From: Christensenellaceae bacterium Phil10
GTDB lineage: Bacteria; Bacillota; Clostridia; Christensenellales; CAG-917
Direction of reading: 5' to 3'
Assembly: GCA_001940895.1 (NCBI GenBank)
Contig: MSGY01000006.1
Span: 65,179 to 129,178, forward strand
DNA length: 64,000 nt
The position numbers and the translations under genes are program-made. Each line of letters opens with the position of its first letter. Within the stretch, counting starts at the first letter, position 1. This document shows, one piece after another, positions 56,870 to 64,000 of the stretch. The notes below the pieces were generated by a model. That model did no database searches. It had not been told where the DNA came from and saw only the letters and a list, made by a program, of their open reading frames with translations.

Positions 56870-57007
56870 TTAAAACCACAACATACTGTACCTGAATTTT
56901 TATAATAACAATATATTGAAGATTATGTTCAGAGTGAACATTTCAACAAAGTTATTATTGTTATTATTATCAAAATAAATAAAAGAATAAAAAATAAGGA
57001 GAAAACG

Positions 57008-58114
57008 ATGAAACTTTCCTGTGACAGCCTCGATTTATCGGATGCTCTTTCCGAAGTGGGTAAAGCGTTACCTATAAAAAAAGTAATGCCTATTCTGAAC
57101 GGGATAAAACTCAAAGCGGAAGGAGATACTCTTACGCTTACGGCCACAGACCTCGAACTTTCCATTGAAAAGAAAATTCACGCCGATATTCTTATTGAAG
57201 GCGAAACAGTGATAGCCGGTAAGTATTTTACCGATTATATCAGAAAAATCGAAGGCGAGGAAGTAATAATAGATACTACCGATGAAAACCGTCTTAAACT
57301 TACTTACGGCGAAAACAACGGTTATATTCAGACAATGGAAGCGGACGAATATCCTGCTTTTAAAAACGTCGACGACGAAAATTCTTTTTTAATAGTAAAA
57401 AAGGAACTTAAAAATTTAATAGAAAAAATTATCTTCTGCACTGCAAGCGAAGATAACCGCCCTACTCTTAAAGGGTGCAGTCTCGAAATATCGGGCGATA
57501 AAATAATCGGCGTCGCGTCGGACGGATACAGGCTCGCCTATTGTAAGAAAGACGTCGAATACGGCGGAAACGACACGAAAATTATTGTCCCGGCAAGAAG
57601 TATGAGCGAGATTTCAAAACTGTTGGACGACGGCGACGAAAACGTGAAAGTCTGTATCGAAAAAAATTACTTTATGGTAGACCTCGGGAATACGAAAATA
57701 GTAACGCGACTTATAGAAGGAGAATATATAAATTACAACAAAATTATTCCTACCGATTTCACAACGACCGTATTCGTGGATAAAAAAGCCTTCGATACTG
57801 CAATAGACCGTGCGTCCCTTGCCACCCGAACCGAAAAGAAAAGCGTCGTAAAACTTGAAATAAGAGAAAAAATAATGGCGATTTCAGCCGAAAGCGAAAT
57901 CAGCGGAATAAACGAAAAAGTAAATATAGATTTACTCGGACACGACCTCAATATCGGTTTCAACGCAAGATATCTTTCGGATAGTCTGAGAGCCATCAAC
58001 GACGATTTCGTAAAACTCTGCTTTACTACGTCAACGGCACCGGGAGTTATCGTGCCTACCGAAAACAAGGACGATTATCTTTATCTGATACTTCCCGTAA
58101 GAATAATAAACTGA
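57008..58114 (+). CDS. dnaN: DNA polymerase III beta sliding clamp
   Basis: 368 aa. The three-domain clamp pattern ends LILPVRI. AAGGAGA RBS. Confidence 0.95.
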   Translation: MKLSCDSLDLSDALSEVGKALPIKKVMPILNGIKLKAEGDTLTLTATDLELSIEKKIHADILIEGETVIAGKYFTDYIRKIEGEEVIIDTTDENRLKLTYGENNGYIQTMEADEYPAFKNVDDENSFLIVKKELKNLIEKIIFCTASEDNRPTLKGCSLEISGDKIIGVASDGYRLAYCKKDVEYGGNDTKIIVPARSMSEISKLLDDGDENVKVCIEKNYFMVDLGNTKIVTRLIEGEYINYNKIIPTDFTTTVFVDKKAFDTAIDRASLATRTEKKSVVKLEIREKIMAISAESEISGINEKVNIDLLGHDLNIGFNARYLSDSLRAINDDFVKLCFTTSTAPGVIVPTENKDDYLYLILPVRIIN

Positions 58115-58127
58115 CGAAAACGAAACA

Positions 58128-58160
58128 AAAAAACGGATTGAAATCAATCCGTTTTTTATT
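58128..58160. terminator. Bidirectional terminator after dnaN
   Basis: AAAAAACGGATTG / CAATCCGTTTTTT. Confidence 0.75.
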
Positions 58161-58173
58161 ATGAATTTTTATT

Positions 58174-58635
58174 TCAGTTTCTTTTAACGGGGAACATCAT
58201 ATAGTTTACGTTGGTTTCGGGGTCGGTGAAATTTTGAACTGCGCCGACAAGAGAAATCTTATTTGCAATAAGATATCCAACGACGTCTTTAAACGTTTGC
58301 GCCGATTCCACTTCCGCTTTTATGTATTCGAAAGAAGGAATCACCCATTTTGTCCATCCTTCCGGAGGAACCGCGTCGTCTACGGCTTCGACTCCTGCGA
58401 GATAAAGCCCTTTTTTAATATCGTCCCATTTTTCAAAAGAGAGATTTTCGTCGCTCATAGCGCCCCACAGTCCCTTTAAAGAACCGCTGTCGTTCCATTT
58501 TGCGAGATAGGCGATTTCGCTGAAATTTTTATTCAGGTCGGTCCATAAATCGGTGACGAAATCTTTTCCGTCCGCAGCGCTTCCGCATTTTCCTACGACG
58601 GTAATCTCCGGTAAACTAATTTTAGTAGTTTTCAT
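58174..58635 (-). CDS. GyrI-like / AraC-effector-binding-fold small protein
   Basis: 153 aa. The pattern of two beta-alpha-beta-beta repeats (ITVVGK...LWG...; W.IPSFEY...) resembles GyrI-like ligand-binding domains. Confidence 0.55.
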   Translation of the reverse strand: MKTTKISLPEITVVGKCGSAADGKDFVTDLWTDLNKNFSEIAYLAKWNDSGSLKGLWGAMSDENLSFEKWDDIKKGLYLAGVEAVDDAVPPEGWTKWVIPSFEYIKAEVESAQTFKDVVGYLIANKISLVGAVQNFTDPETNVNYMMFPVKRN

Positions 58636-58650
58636 ACTTTAAGTGATAAA

Positions 58651-59535
58651 TCAGTGTCTTAAACTATCGATTAAGTCGTAAATGCGTTGCAGGTCGTCGT
58701 TCGAAAAGTAGTCTATACAAATGCGTCCTTTTTCGTCGTTTCCGAGAATTTTTACCTTTGTTCCGAAGATTCGTTTCATATCGTTTACGAATCCTTTAAG
58801 TTCCTTACTCTGTTTTTCTTTTCTCGCTCCCGAAGGAATGAGTTTTCTTCCGAGATAAAGTTGAATCTGCTGTTCGAGTTCTCTTACCGACATTTTATTG
58901 TCTGCCGCTTTATTTGCGTAATACAACTGGACTTCGGGGTCGGTAACTACGACGAGGCATCTTGCATGACTTCCCGAAAGACGCCCTTCCCTTACAAGCT
59001 CCAGAACTTCTTTATTAAGTGTGAGTAGTCTTAAAAGATTGGTAACCGTCGGTCTGCCCATTCCTATTCTTTCCGCCGCTTCGTCCTGCGTAAGATTGAA
59101 TGATTTGATAAGTTCGGCGATGCCTTCCGCCGCTTCGACGGGATTGAGGTCTTCGCGTTGCAGGTTTTCGATAAGAGCGATTTCGCGCATTTCCCGCGGA
59201 GTAAGTTCTCTCACGACGCAGGGAACGGAAGTAAGTCCCGCTATACGCGCCGCGCGGAAACGTCTCTCGCCCGCAATAATGACGTACCGGTTGCCGCTTC
59301 TGAGGACTATCAGAGGCTGAATTATTCCGAAAGTTTTTATCGATGCGGCAAGTTCTTCGAGAGCAGATTTATCGAATACTTTTCTGGGCTGATAGGGGTT
59401 TGTATCGATAAGGGAAATATCGACGTCCATTACCTCGCGGGTTTTGGCGGATTCCGTCATCTCCGCGGCCGCTTCTTCTTCCTGAAGATTTCCCAGGAGA
59501 GCGGCAAGACCTTTACCGAGACCTTTATTTGACAT
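58651..59535 (-). CDS. parB: Chromosome partitioning protein ParB/Spo0J
   Basis: KGLGKGLAALL N terminus, GERRFRAA arginine patch, LIENLQREDLNP, HTH, and a C-terminal dimerisation region. Confidence 0.9.
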   Translation of the reverse strand: MSNKGLGKGLAALLGNLQEEEAAAEMTESAKTREVMDVDISLIDTNPYQPRKVFDKSALEELAASIKTFGIIQPLIVLRSGNRYVIIAGERRFRAARIAGLTSVPCVVRELTPREMREIALIENLQREDLNPVEAAEGIAELIKSFNLTQDEAAERIGMGRPTVTNLLRLLTLNKEVLELVREGRLSGSHARCLVVVTDPEVQLYYANKAADNKMSVRELEQQIQLYLGRKLIPSGARKEKQSKELKGFVNDMKRIFGTKVKILGNDEKGRICIDYFSNDDLQRIYDLIDSLRH

Positions 59536-59617
59536 AATACACCTCTTATACTTTTTGCGTTGGTTTTGTAAATAGATTATAACACATTAAAACCGCCGAC
59601 CGCAACGGTTTGGACAA

Positions 59618-59647
59618 TTTTGTGAAACATTATTTTTTGTGAAACAT
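59618..59647 (+). repeat. Two direct TTTTGTGAAACAT repeats (parS half-site GTGAAACA) upstream of parB
   Basis: 59618-59630 and 59635-59647, in 17-bp register. The second copy abuts the rsmG stop codon. Confidence 0.8.
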
Positions 59648-60366
59648 CAAAGGGGATTTTTCTTAATCTGCGAGAAATTTCTCGGATATTCTTTAGCCGT
59701 CGGCGCGGTTTTTTCGTAAACGAAAAGGTTTCTTTCCGCAGGGCCGTCGGACGTGTTAAGCAGAAATTCTTTTTTGAATATCATTTTCATATTCAGTTTT
59801 TTTTCGGAAGATGCGGCTTCGACGACGTCCGTTACGTCTTTTCCTTTATAGTTGATAAAAACGCCGTTCTTTTTGATAAGCGGAGCTGCAAGTTCAATCA
59901 GAACGTTGGTTTTCCCTACCGCGCGACACACGACGGCGTCTGCCTTTTCGCGGTAAACGGGATTTTTTCCGGCATCTTCGGCGCGGATATGCACTGCCGC
60001 GATATTTTCAAGGTTCAGTTCGTTAATCGCATAATTCAGAAAAGCGACGCGTTTTTCAAGAGCGTCCATCATTACCGTTTCGATATCGTCGCGAAGTATT
60101 TTCAAAGGAACGGAAGGAAATCCCGCACCTGCTCCCAAATCGAAAACCAATGAGTTTTTCTTAATATAACCGGCGCCGGAAATACTGTCCGCAATGTGTT
60201 TTACGGCAAAGTCGTATTCGTCCGTAATCGCGGTTAAATTGATTTTTTTGTTATAATCAACTACGATTTTGTAAAAATCATACATTTTTTCGGCTTGCAA
60301 ATCCGTCAGTTCGACGCCGAATTGTTTTATGGCCGACGAGACGGCGTTTTTAAAAGAATCAGTCAC
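59647..60366 (-). CDS. rsmG: 16S rRNA (guanine527-N7)-methyltransferase RsmG
   Basis: 239 aa with a GTG start. NLTAI...KHIADS and SAM motif DLGAGAGFP. Confidence 0.9.
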   Translation of the reverse strand: MTDSFKNAVSSAIKQFGVELTDLQAEKMYDFYKIVVDYNKKINLTAITDEYDFAVKHIADSISGAGYIKKNSLVFDLGAGAGFPSVPLKILRDDIETVMMDALEKRVAFLNYAINELNLENIAAVHIRAEDAGKNPVYREKADAVVCRAVGKTNVLIELAAPLIKKNGVFINYKGKDVTDVVEAASSEKKLNMKMIFKKEFLLNTSDGPAERNLFVYEKTAPTAKEYPRNFSQIKKNPL

Positions 60367-61768
60367 GGCCGGCCTCTTTTTTGTTTTTGCAACGCTTTTT
60401 TTCCTGTTTCGAGCCGTCCTTATAATAATCGGATTTTACAAGCATCACCTCAACAAACGCAAGCATCACCGCAACGGCGCAATATGGAAACAGAACGCTG
60501 TAATCGCCCGTTTTGACTACTTCCGTTGCGACGCCTTCGACAACCTGTTCGATAACGTAAGTTTTGCCGTTGACCTCGCCGATTTTTTTGATTATATATC
60601 CTGCAAGTATGGGCGTAACGACCATAGCGGCCGTGGTAGTGCCTGCAAAAATACCGGTGTTTTGCCCGATATTCTTCGTCTTGCTGAGTTCGAGATATAA
60701 AGGATACATATGAGCCATCGCAAATCCGTAGCCCACTCCCGCGCCGAAGAAACAGATGAGAAGAGGTATCTTCATTGCGATTGTAGAGTCTTTTCTCGAA
60801 AACGGCATAGACGCAAGCAGAAATACGAGCATAGACGCAAGCCCTATCGCAACGGTATACTTACGGCCGATTTTCTTAGAAAGCGGCGTCGCGAGCAAAA
60901 ATCCGGGAAGAGCGCCCACTATTACGAATACGAGAGGAAGTTGCGGCATTTTAAACCCGAGCATCACGTCGCTGTATACCGTAAAATTCGAAACGAGCGC
61001 GTTATAAGCGATATAAAAGAAGAATACGCTTGCGAGAATGCAGATTTTATTAAAGAGATTGCCTTTCATCTGTTCGTCGGAAAGGTCCTCTACTCTCACC
61101 GTTTCTTCACGGAATTTTTCGGGATTGTTTTTACTGTAATCGGATAACCGCTTTTCAAAATCCGCCGTAACGGCCTTTTCGCTGAACGTCATCGTAAATA
61201 CGCCCACGGTCGCGAGCGAACTTCCTATCACGGCAAGACATATCGGCAAAAACTCAGCCGCTTTCGCCGCTTTTAACGGCATGAATACCATTGCCAGCAC
61301 GATTCCTACCACGGTAAATACGACGGATATGATGTTCGCTATCGAATTTGCCCGGCCGCGGTCGGGTTCGTATACGAAATCCGGCACGAGAGAAAGCCCC
61401 GCGCTTCTGTACGCCGCCATTGCGAATAATGTCACCGTCAGCGAAACGATATACGGCCAGAGCATCTTCTGCGACGCAAAATATCCCACGAAACCGAGGC
61501 CGACCAAAGATATCGCCGTAAAGGAATAAATATAAGGCGTGCGCTTGCCGAGACGGGATTTGCATCTGTCAGAAAGGTGTCCGAATAAAGGAAGAATAAT
61601 TAATCCGAGAATATTATCGATTGCAAGAATCCACCCGCTTTCATAAGGGGTAAGCGCAAAAGAATAAGTATTTATCGATTGGATTAACTGGTCGTAAACG
61701 TTCCAGAAAATCGATATCCAGCCGAAAACTAGTGATGCAAGTATAACGTTTCTTTTATCGAATTTCAT
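60359..61768 (-). CDS. MFS transporter (GPH/SLC45-like)
   Basis: 469 aa, 12 TM. LSDRCKSRLGKRTPY loop motif. Its 3' end overlaps the rsmG start. Confidence 0.8.
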   Translation of the reverse strand: MKFDKRNVILASLVFGWISIFWNVYDQLIQSINTYSFALTPYESGWILAIDNILGLIILPLFGHLSDRCKSRLGKRTPYIYSFTAISLVGLGFVGYFASQKMLWPYIVSLTVTLFAMAAYRSAGLSLVPDFVYEPDRGRANSIANIISVVFTVVGIVLAMVFMPLKAAKAAEFLPICLAVIGSSLATVGVFTMTFSEKAVTADFEKRLSDYSKNNPEKFREETVRVEDLSDEQMKGNLFNKICILASVFFFYIAYNALVSNFTVYSDVMLGFKMPQLPLVFVIVGALPGFLLATPLSKKIGRKYTVAIGLASMLVFLLASMPFSRKDSTIAMKIPLLICFFGAGVGYGFAMAHMYPLYLELSKTKNIGQNTGIFAGTTTAAMVVTPILAGYIIKKIGEVNGKTYVIEQVVEGVATEVVKTGDYSVLFPYCAVAVMLAFVEVMLVKSDYYKDGSKQEKKRCKNKKEAGRD

Positions 61769-61880
61769 ATTTCCTCTTTTCGAAAATTATATTATAAAAA
61801 AAATTAAAAGACAACATCTTTTATTGAATATGGCTAAACTTGTGATATACTGATATAAAATATCGCTCTAAAAGGTGCTT

Positions 61881-63053
61881 ATGAAAAAATTCGGAATGAT
61901 AATAGCGATTTCGCAGGAAATAGAAGGCGTGCTGCACGCATTCGGCGAAGTCGAAAAGATTTGTGAAAAACCATTTGAAACGTTTAAAGTTTTAAGAAAG
62001 AACGCCGAAATATACGTCGCGTTGTCGGGGGCGGGAGAAATCGCGTCATCGTCGGCGACGCAGTATCTGATTTGCTCCTACGGCGTATGCGCCGTTTTAA
62101 ATTTCGGTTTTGTCGGTGCACTCGATAAAAACCTTGTTTGCAAGCAAGTCGTAGCCTGCGAAGCGGCGGTACATTACGAATACGACGTTTCGGGACTCGA
62201 AAAGAAAAAACGCGGGCATTATTACGAAAACGACGAGCCCTATTTTTATTTCGACAAAAATCTGCTTGCCGTCGTAAAAAAAGATTTTCCCGAAATAGCG
62301 ACCGTAAAACTTGCCTCGGGCGATAAGTTTATATGCGATTCGAATATTAAAAACGGACTGATAAAGGATTTCGGAGCTCAGATTTGCGATATGGAAGGCG
62401 CGGGAATAGTAATTACGGCCCTGCGCAACGGAGTGCCTGCCATGAGTATTAAAGTAATAAGCGACAACGCCGACGAAAAAAGTCCCGTAAGCTTTTCGGA
62501 AATAGCGGCAGAAGGAACGAGAGACTGCGCGAAAATAATAGTCGACCTTGTCGATAAATTGTCTGAAAGCGAAAATGAAAAATTTTCTATATTACAAAGT
62601 AATATAGAAAATTCAAAACAACATTTTGAAACCATTGCGTCATTTAAAATCGACCATGACGAACACCCCGAAGGAATTTATCTTTCCCACGTTGATAACG
62701 GAATATACACATACGATATCCGTTTTAAAAAGCCAAACCGCAACGATTTTTTATCGACTGCGTCCGCACACAGTATCGAGCATCTATTCGCAACGGTTAT
62801 CAGAAACGACGAGTCGGTTAAAGATAAAGTGGTTTATTTCGGGCCTATGGGTTGCAGGACGGGATTTTATCTTTTATTGTCGGAAGTAAAAGAGAAAGAA
62901 GCCGAAGAAATAATCGTAAAATGTTTTAAAAAATGTCTTGAAATGGACGAGGTGCCGGGAAGCAAACGCAAAGAATGCGGAAATTATCTCGACCATGATA
63001 TCGTTGCGGCTAAAAAAGATATTAAAGAATTTCTGAACTCCGTCAAAGAATAA
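61881..63053 (+). CDS. Fusion protein: MTA/SAH nucleosidase (Pfs/MtnN) + S-ribosylhomocysteine lyase (LuxS)
   Basis: N-terminal ~225 aa carry SGAGEIASS, ASGDKFI, DMEGAGI and ISDNADE, as in Pfs. C-terminal ~150 aa carry HSIEHL, GPMGCRTGFY and ECGNYLDH, as in LuxS. One uninterrupted frame. Confidence 0.85.
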   Translation: MKKFGMIIAISQEIEGVLHAFGEVEKICEKPFETFKVLRKNAEIYVALSGAGEIASSSATQYLICSYGVCAVLNFGFVGALDKNLVCKQVVACEAAVHYEYDVSGLEKKKRGHYYENDEPYFYFDKNLLAVVKKDFPEIATVKLASGDKFICDSNIKNGLIKDFGAQICDMEGAGIVITALRNGVPAMSIKVISDNADEKSPVSFSEIAAEGTRDCAKIIVDLVDKLSESENEKFSILQSNIENSKQHFETIASFKIDHDEHPEGIYLSHVDNGIYTYDIRFKKPNRNDFLSTASAHSIEHLFATVIRNDESVKDKVVYFGPMGCRTGFYLLLSEVKEKEAEEIIVKCFKKCLEMDEVPGSKRKECGNYLDHDIVAAKKDIKEFLNSVKE

Positions 63054-63074
63054 CCTGTTCCGAAAATAAAAAAC

Positions 63075-63106
63075 AATGCGTCCGTTTGCAAACGGGCGCA
63101 TTTTTT
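63075..63106 (+). terminator. Terminator after the pfs-luxS fusion gene
   Basis: AATGCGTCCGTTTGCAAACGGGCGCATT hairpin plus TTTTT. Confidence 0.75.
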
Positions 63107-63244
63107 ATGGCAACACGTCAATCCGCGAACGTGAAGATGTGCTTGTTTTAATAATTGCAACCATAATCGCAAACTACGGGACTACTCCCTGGGTTAACGG
63201 CAATAACAACCGAAGAAAATAAAATTGTCTTTCAAAATAAATAA

Positions 63245-63260
63245 TGTTTTACGTGAAACA
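63245..63260. other. parS site (15/16 to consensus)
   Basis: TGTTTTACGTGAAACA versus TGTTTCACGTGAAACA. Confidence 0.8.
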
Positions 63261-63279
63261 CTGCTTTTTTCTTGAATAA

Positions 63280-63426
63280 TCAGCAGTAGTACAGCAAATT
63301 TCCTTCGCATTTCGGACAAGCGCCGCTGTGATTATCCGCACAATTCCTGCAATAAATCGCGCCGCATGATTCGCAGAAACAAGCATTTTCTTTTTTTATA
63401 TCGTTACCGCATGAAACACATTTCAT
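63280..63426 (-). CDS. Small Cys-rich zinc-ribbon protein (48 aa; below the ORF-track cutoff)
   Basis: GGAGG RBS. Translation MKCVSCGNDIKKENACFCESCGAIYCRNCADNHSGACPKCEGNLLYYC has four CxxC pairs. Confidence 0.55.
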   Translation of the reverse strand: MKCVSCGNDIKKENACFCESCGAIYCRNCADNHSGACPKCEGNLLYYC

Positions 63427-63487
63427 AAAGCCTCCGTTCTCTTACGACGGTATTATTTCCAAAATAAAAAAATATATACAAACCGCA

Positions 63488-63501
63488 AAAGTTATCAACA
63501 T
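63488..63501 (+). promoter_or_regulatory. 14-mer AAAGTTATCAACAT (DnaA-box-like core TTATCAACA), copy 1
   Basis: Reverse complement of ATGTTGATAACTTT, which is found at 63642-63655 and 63743-63756. Confidence 0.5.
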
Positions 63502-63624
63502 CGGAAGCATGTCCAAATTACACGGAGAAAGAATTAAAATTCACGAATCTGTAATGTAAATAATATCAAAAAAACCGAAAAAGACACCCAAAATAGCCTT
63601 AAAACAGCTTAAAAAGCGCCGATT

Positions 63625-63640
63625 TGTTTCACGTGGAACG
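63625..63640. other. parS-like site (14/16)
   Basis: TGTTTCACGTGGAACG. Confidence 0.65.
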
Positions 63641-63641
63641 A

Positions 63642-63655
63642 ATGTTGATAACTTT
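63642..63655 (-). promoter_or_regulatory. 14-mer ATGTTGATAACTTT (DnaA-box-like core), copy 2
   Basis: Core TGTTGATAA at 63643-63651, 2 nt after the preceding parS-like site. Confidence 0.5.
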
Positions 63656-63657
63656 TT

Positions 63658-63673
63658 TGTTTCACGTGAAACA
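63658..63673. other. parS site, perfect 16-bp palindrome
   Basis: TGTTTCACGTGAAACA. Confidence 0.9.
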
Positions 63674-63713
63674 TATAAAAAGTAATTTTTAAATTTATCC
63701 TTGATTTTATAAT

Positions 63714-63729
63714 TGTTTCACGTGAAACA
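63714..63729. other. parS site, perfect 16-bp palindrome
   Basis: TGTTTCACGTGAAACA. Confidence 0.9.
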
Positions 63730-63742
63730 CCGTATATTAAAA

Positions 63743-63756
63743 ATGTTGATAACTTT
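63743..63756 (-). promoter_or_regulatory. 14-mer ATGTTGATAACTTT (DnaA-box-like core), copy 3
   Basis: Core TGTTGATAA at 63744-63752. Confidence 0.5.
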
Positions 63757-64000
63757 TTAATTTTTTCAAATAAAATATTATTCCAAGGAAAAGTCTTAAT
63801 AAACTATCTCAGTTAATTTGACTTTAACACAAAAGGTCTTACGGTATCAAAAAACAAGATAATTAGTAAATAATACCGTAGTAATGATTGCTAAATTATT
63901 TATGTTACACCGAAATAGCAGAATTATTTATGGTTTGATTAAAAACAATATTTAAGGCTTATTATGCGCATAAAATCATTGTAGGTGAGCCTTGATGAGT

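Noticed and set aside
63245-63729. Repeated 16-mers could be mistaken for a mini CRISPR array.
   Set aside because: There are only four copies with irregular spacing (364, 17 and 40 nt). The repeats are perfect palindromes matching the parS consensus, and no cas genes or leader are present.

Overview
This window looks like an origin-proximal chromosomal segment of a Bacillota (Clostridia-like) genome. It is CpG-rich, moderate in GC, and most genes lie on the minus strand.

Recognisable housekeeping content:
- mrnC-rlmB-sigH and rpsF-ssb-rpsR.
- A tight proS-ung-trkH-trkA block, plus ychF and argS.
- A four-gene tRNA cluster (fMet, Met, Glu, Val).
- A complete co-directional Pho cluster: pstS, fused pstCA, pstB, phoU, response regulator, histidine kinase.
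- rnfCDGEAB.
- The replication and partition genes gyrA, gyrB, remB, recF, dnaA, dnaN, parB and rsmG.

Accessory content:
- An ECF-like sigma / membrane protein / lipoprotein module.
- A GH13 alpha-glucosidase.
- Three tandem paralogous lipoprotein genes.
- A locus of three very large repeat-built surface proteins.
- A TetR gene followed by a broken cation/proton antiporter.
- A Pfs-LuxS fusion gene.

Most notable sequence-level observations:
1. A gene-free AT-rich tract at 63.2-63.8 kb holds four parS sites. They are interleaved with three copies of a 14-mer that contains a DnaA-box-like core.
2. Gene order around dnaA is non-canonical: recF-dnaA-dnaN diverges from remB-gyrB-gyrA. parB has no parA in the window.
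3. A compositionally foreign, CpG-poor islet of about 3.3 kb sits next to tRNA-Val. It is bracketed by 135-bp direct repeats, includes a duplicated tRNA 3' end, and carries truncated genes but no integrase.
4. One ORF fuses MTA/SAH nucleosidase to S-ribosylhomocysteine lyase.

I could not recognise any CRISPR array, Cas gene, restriction-modification system, transposase, integrase, or clear toxin-antitoxin or defence system. All functional calls rest on motif recognition by eye, not on database searches.
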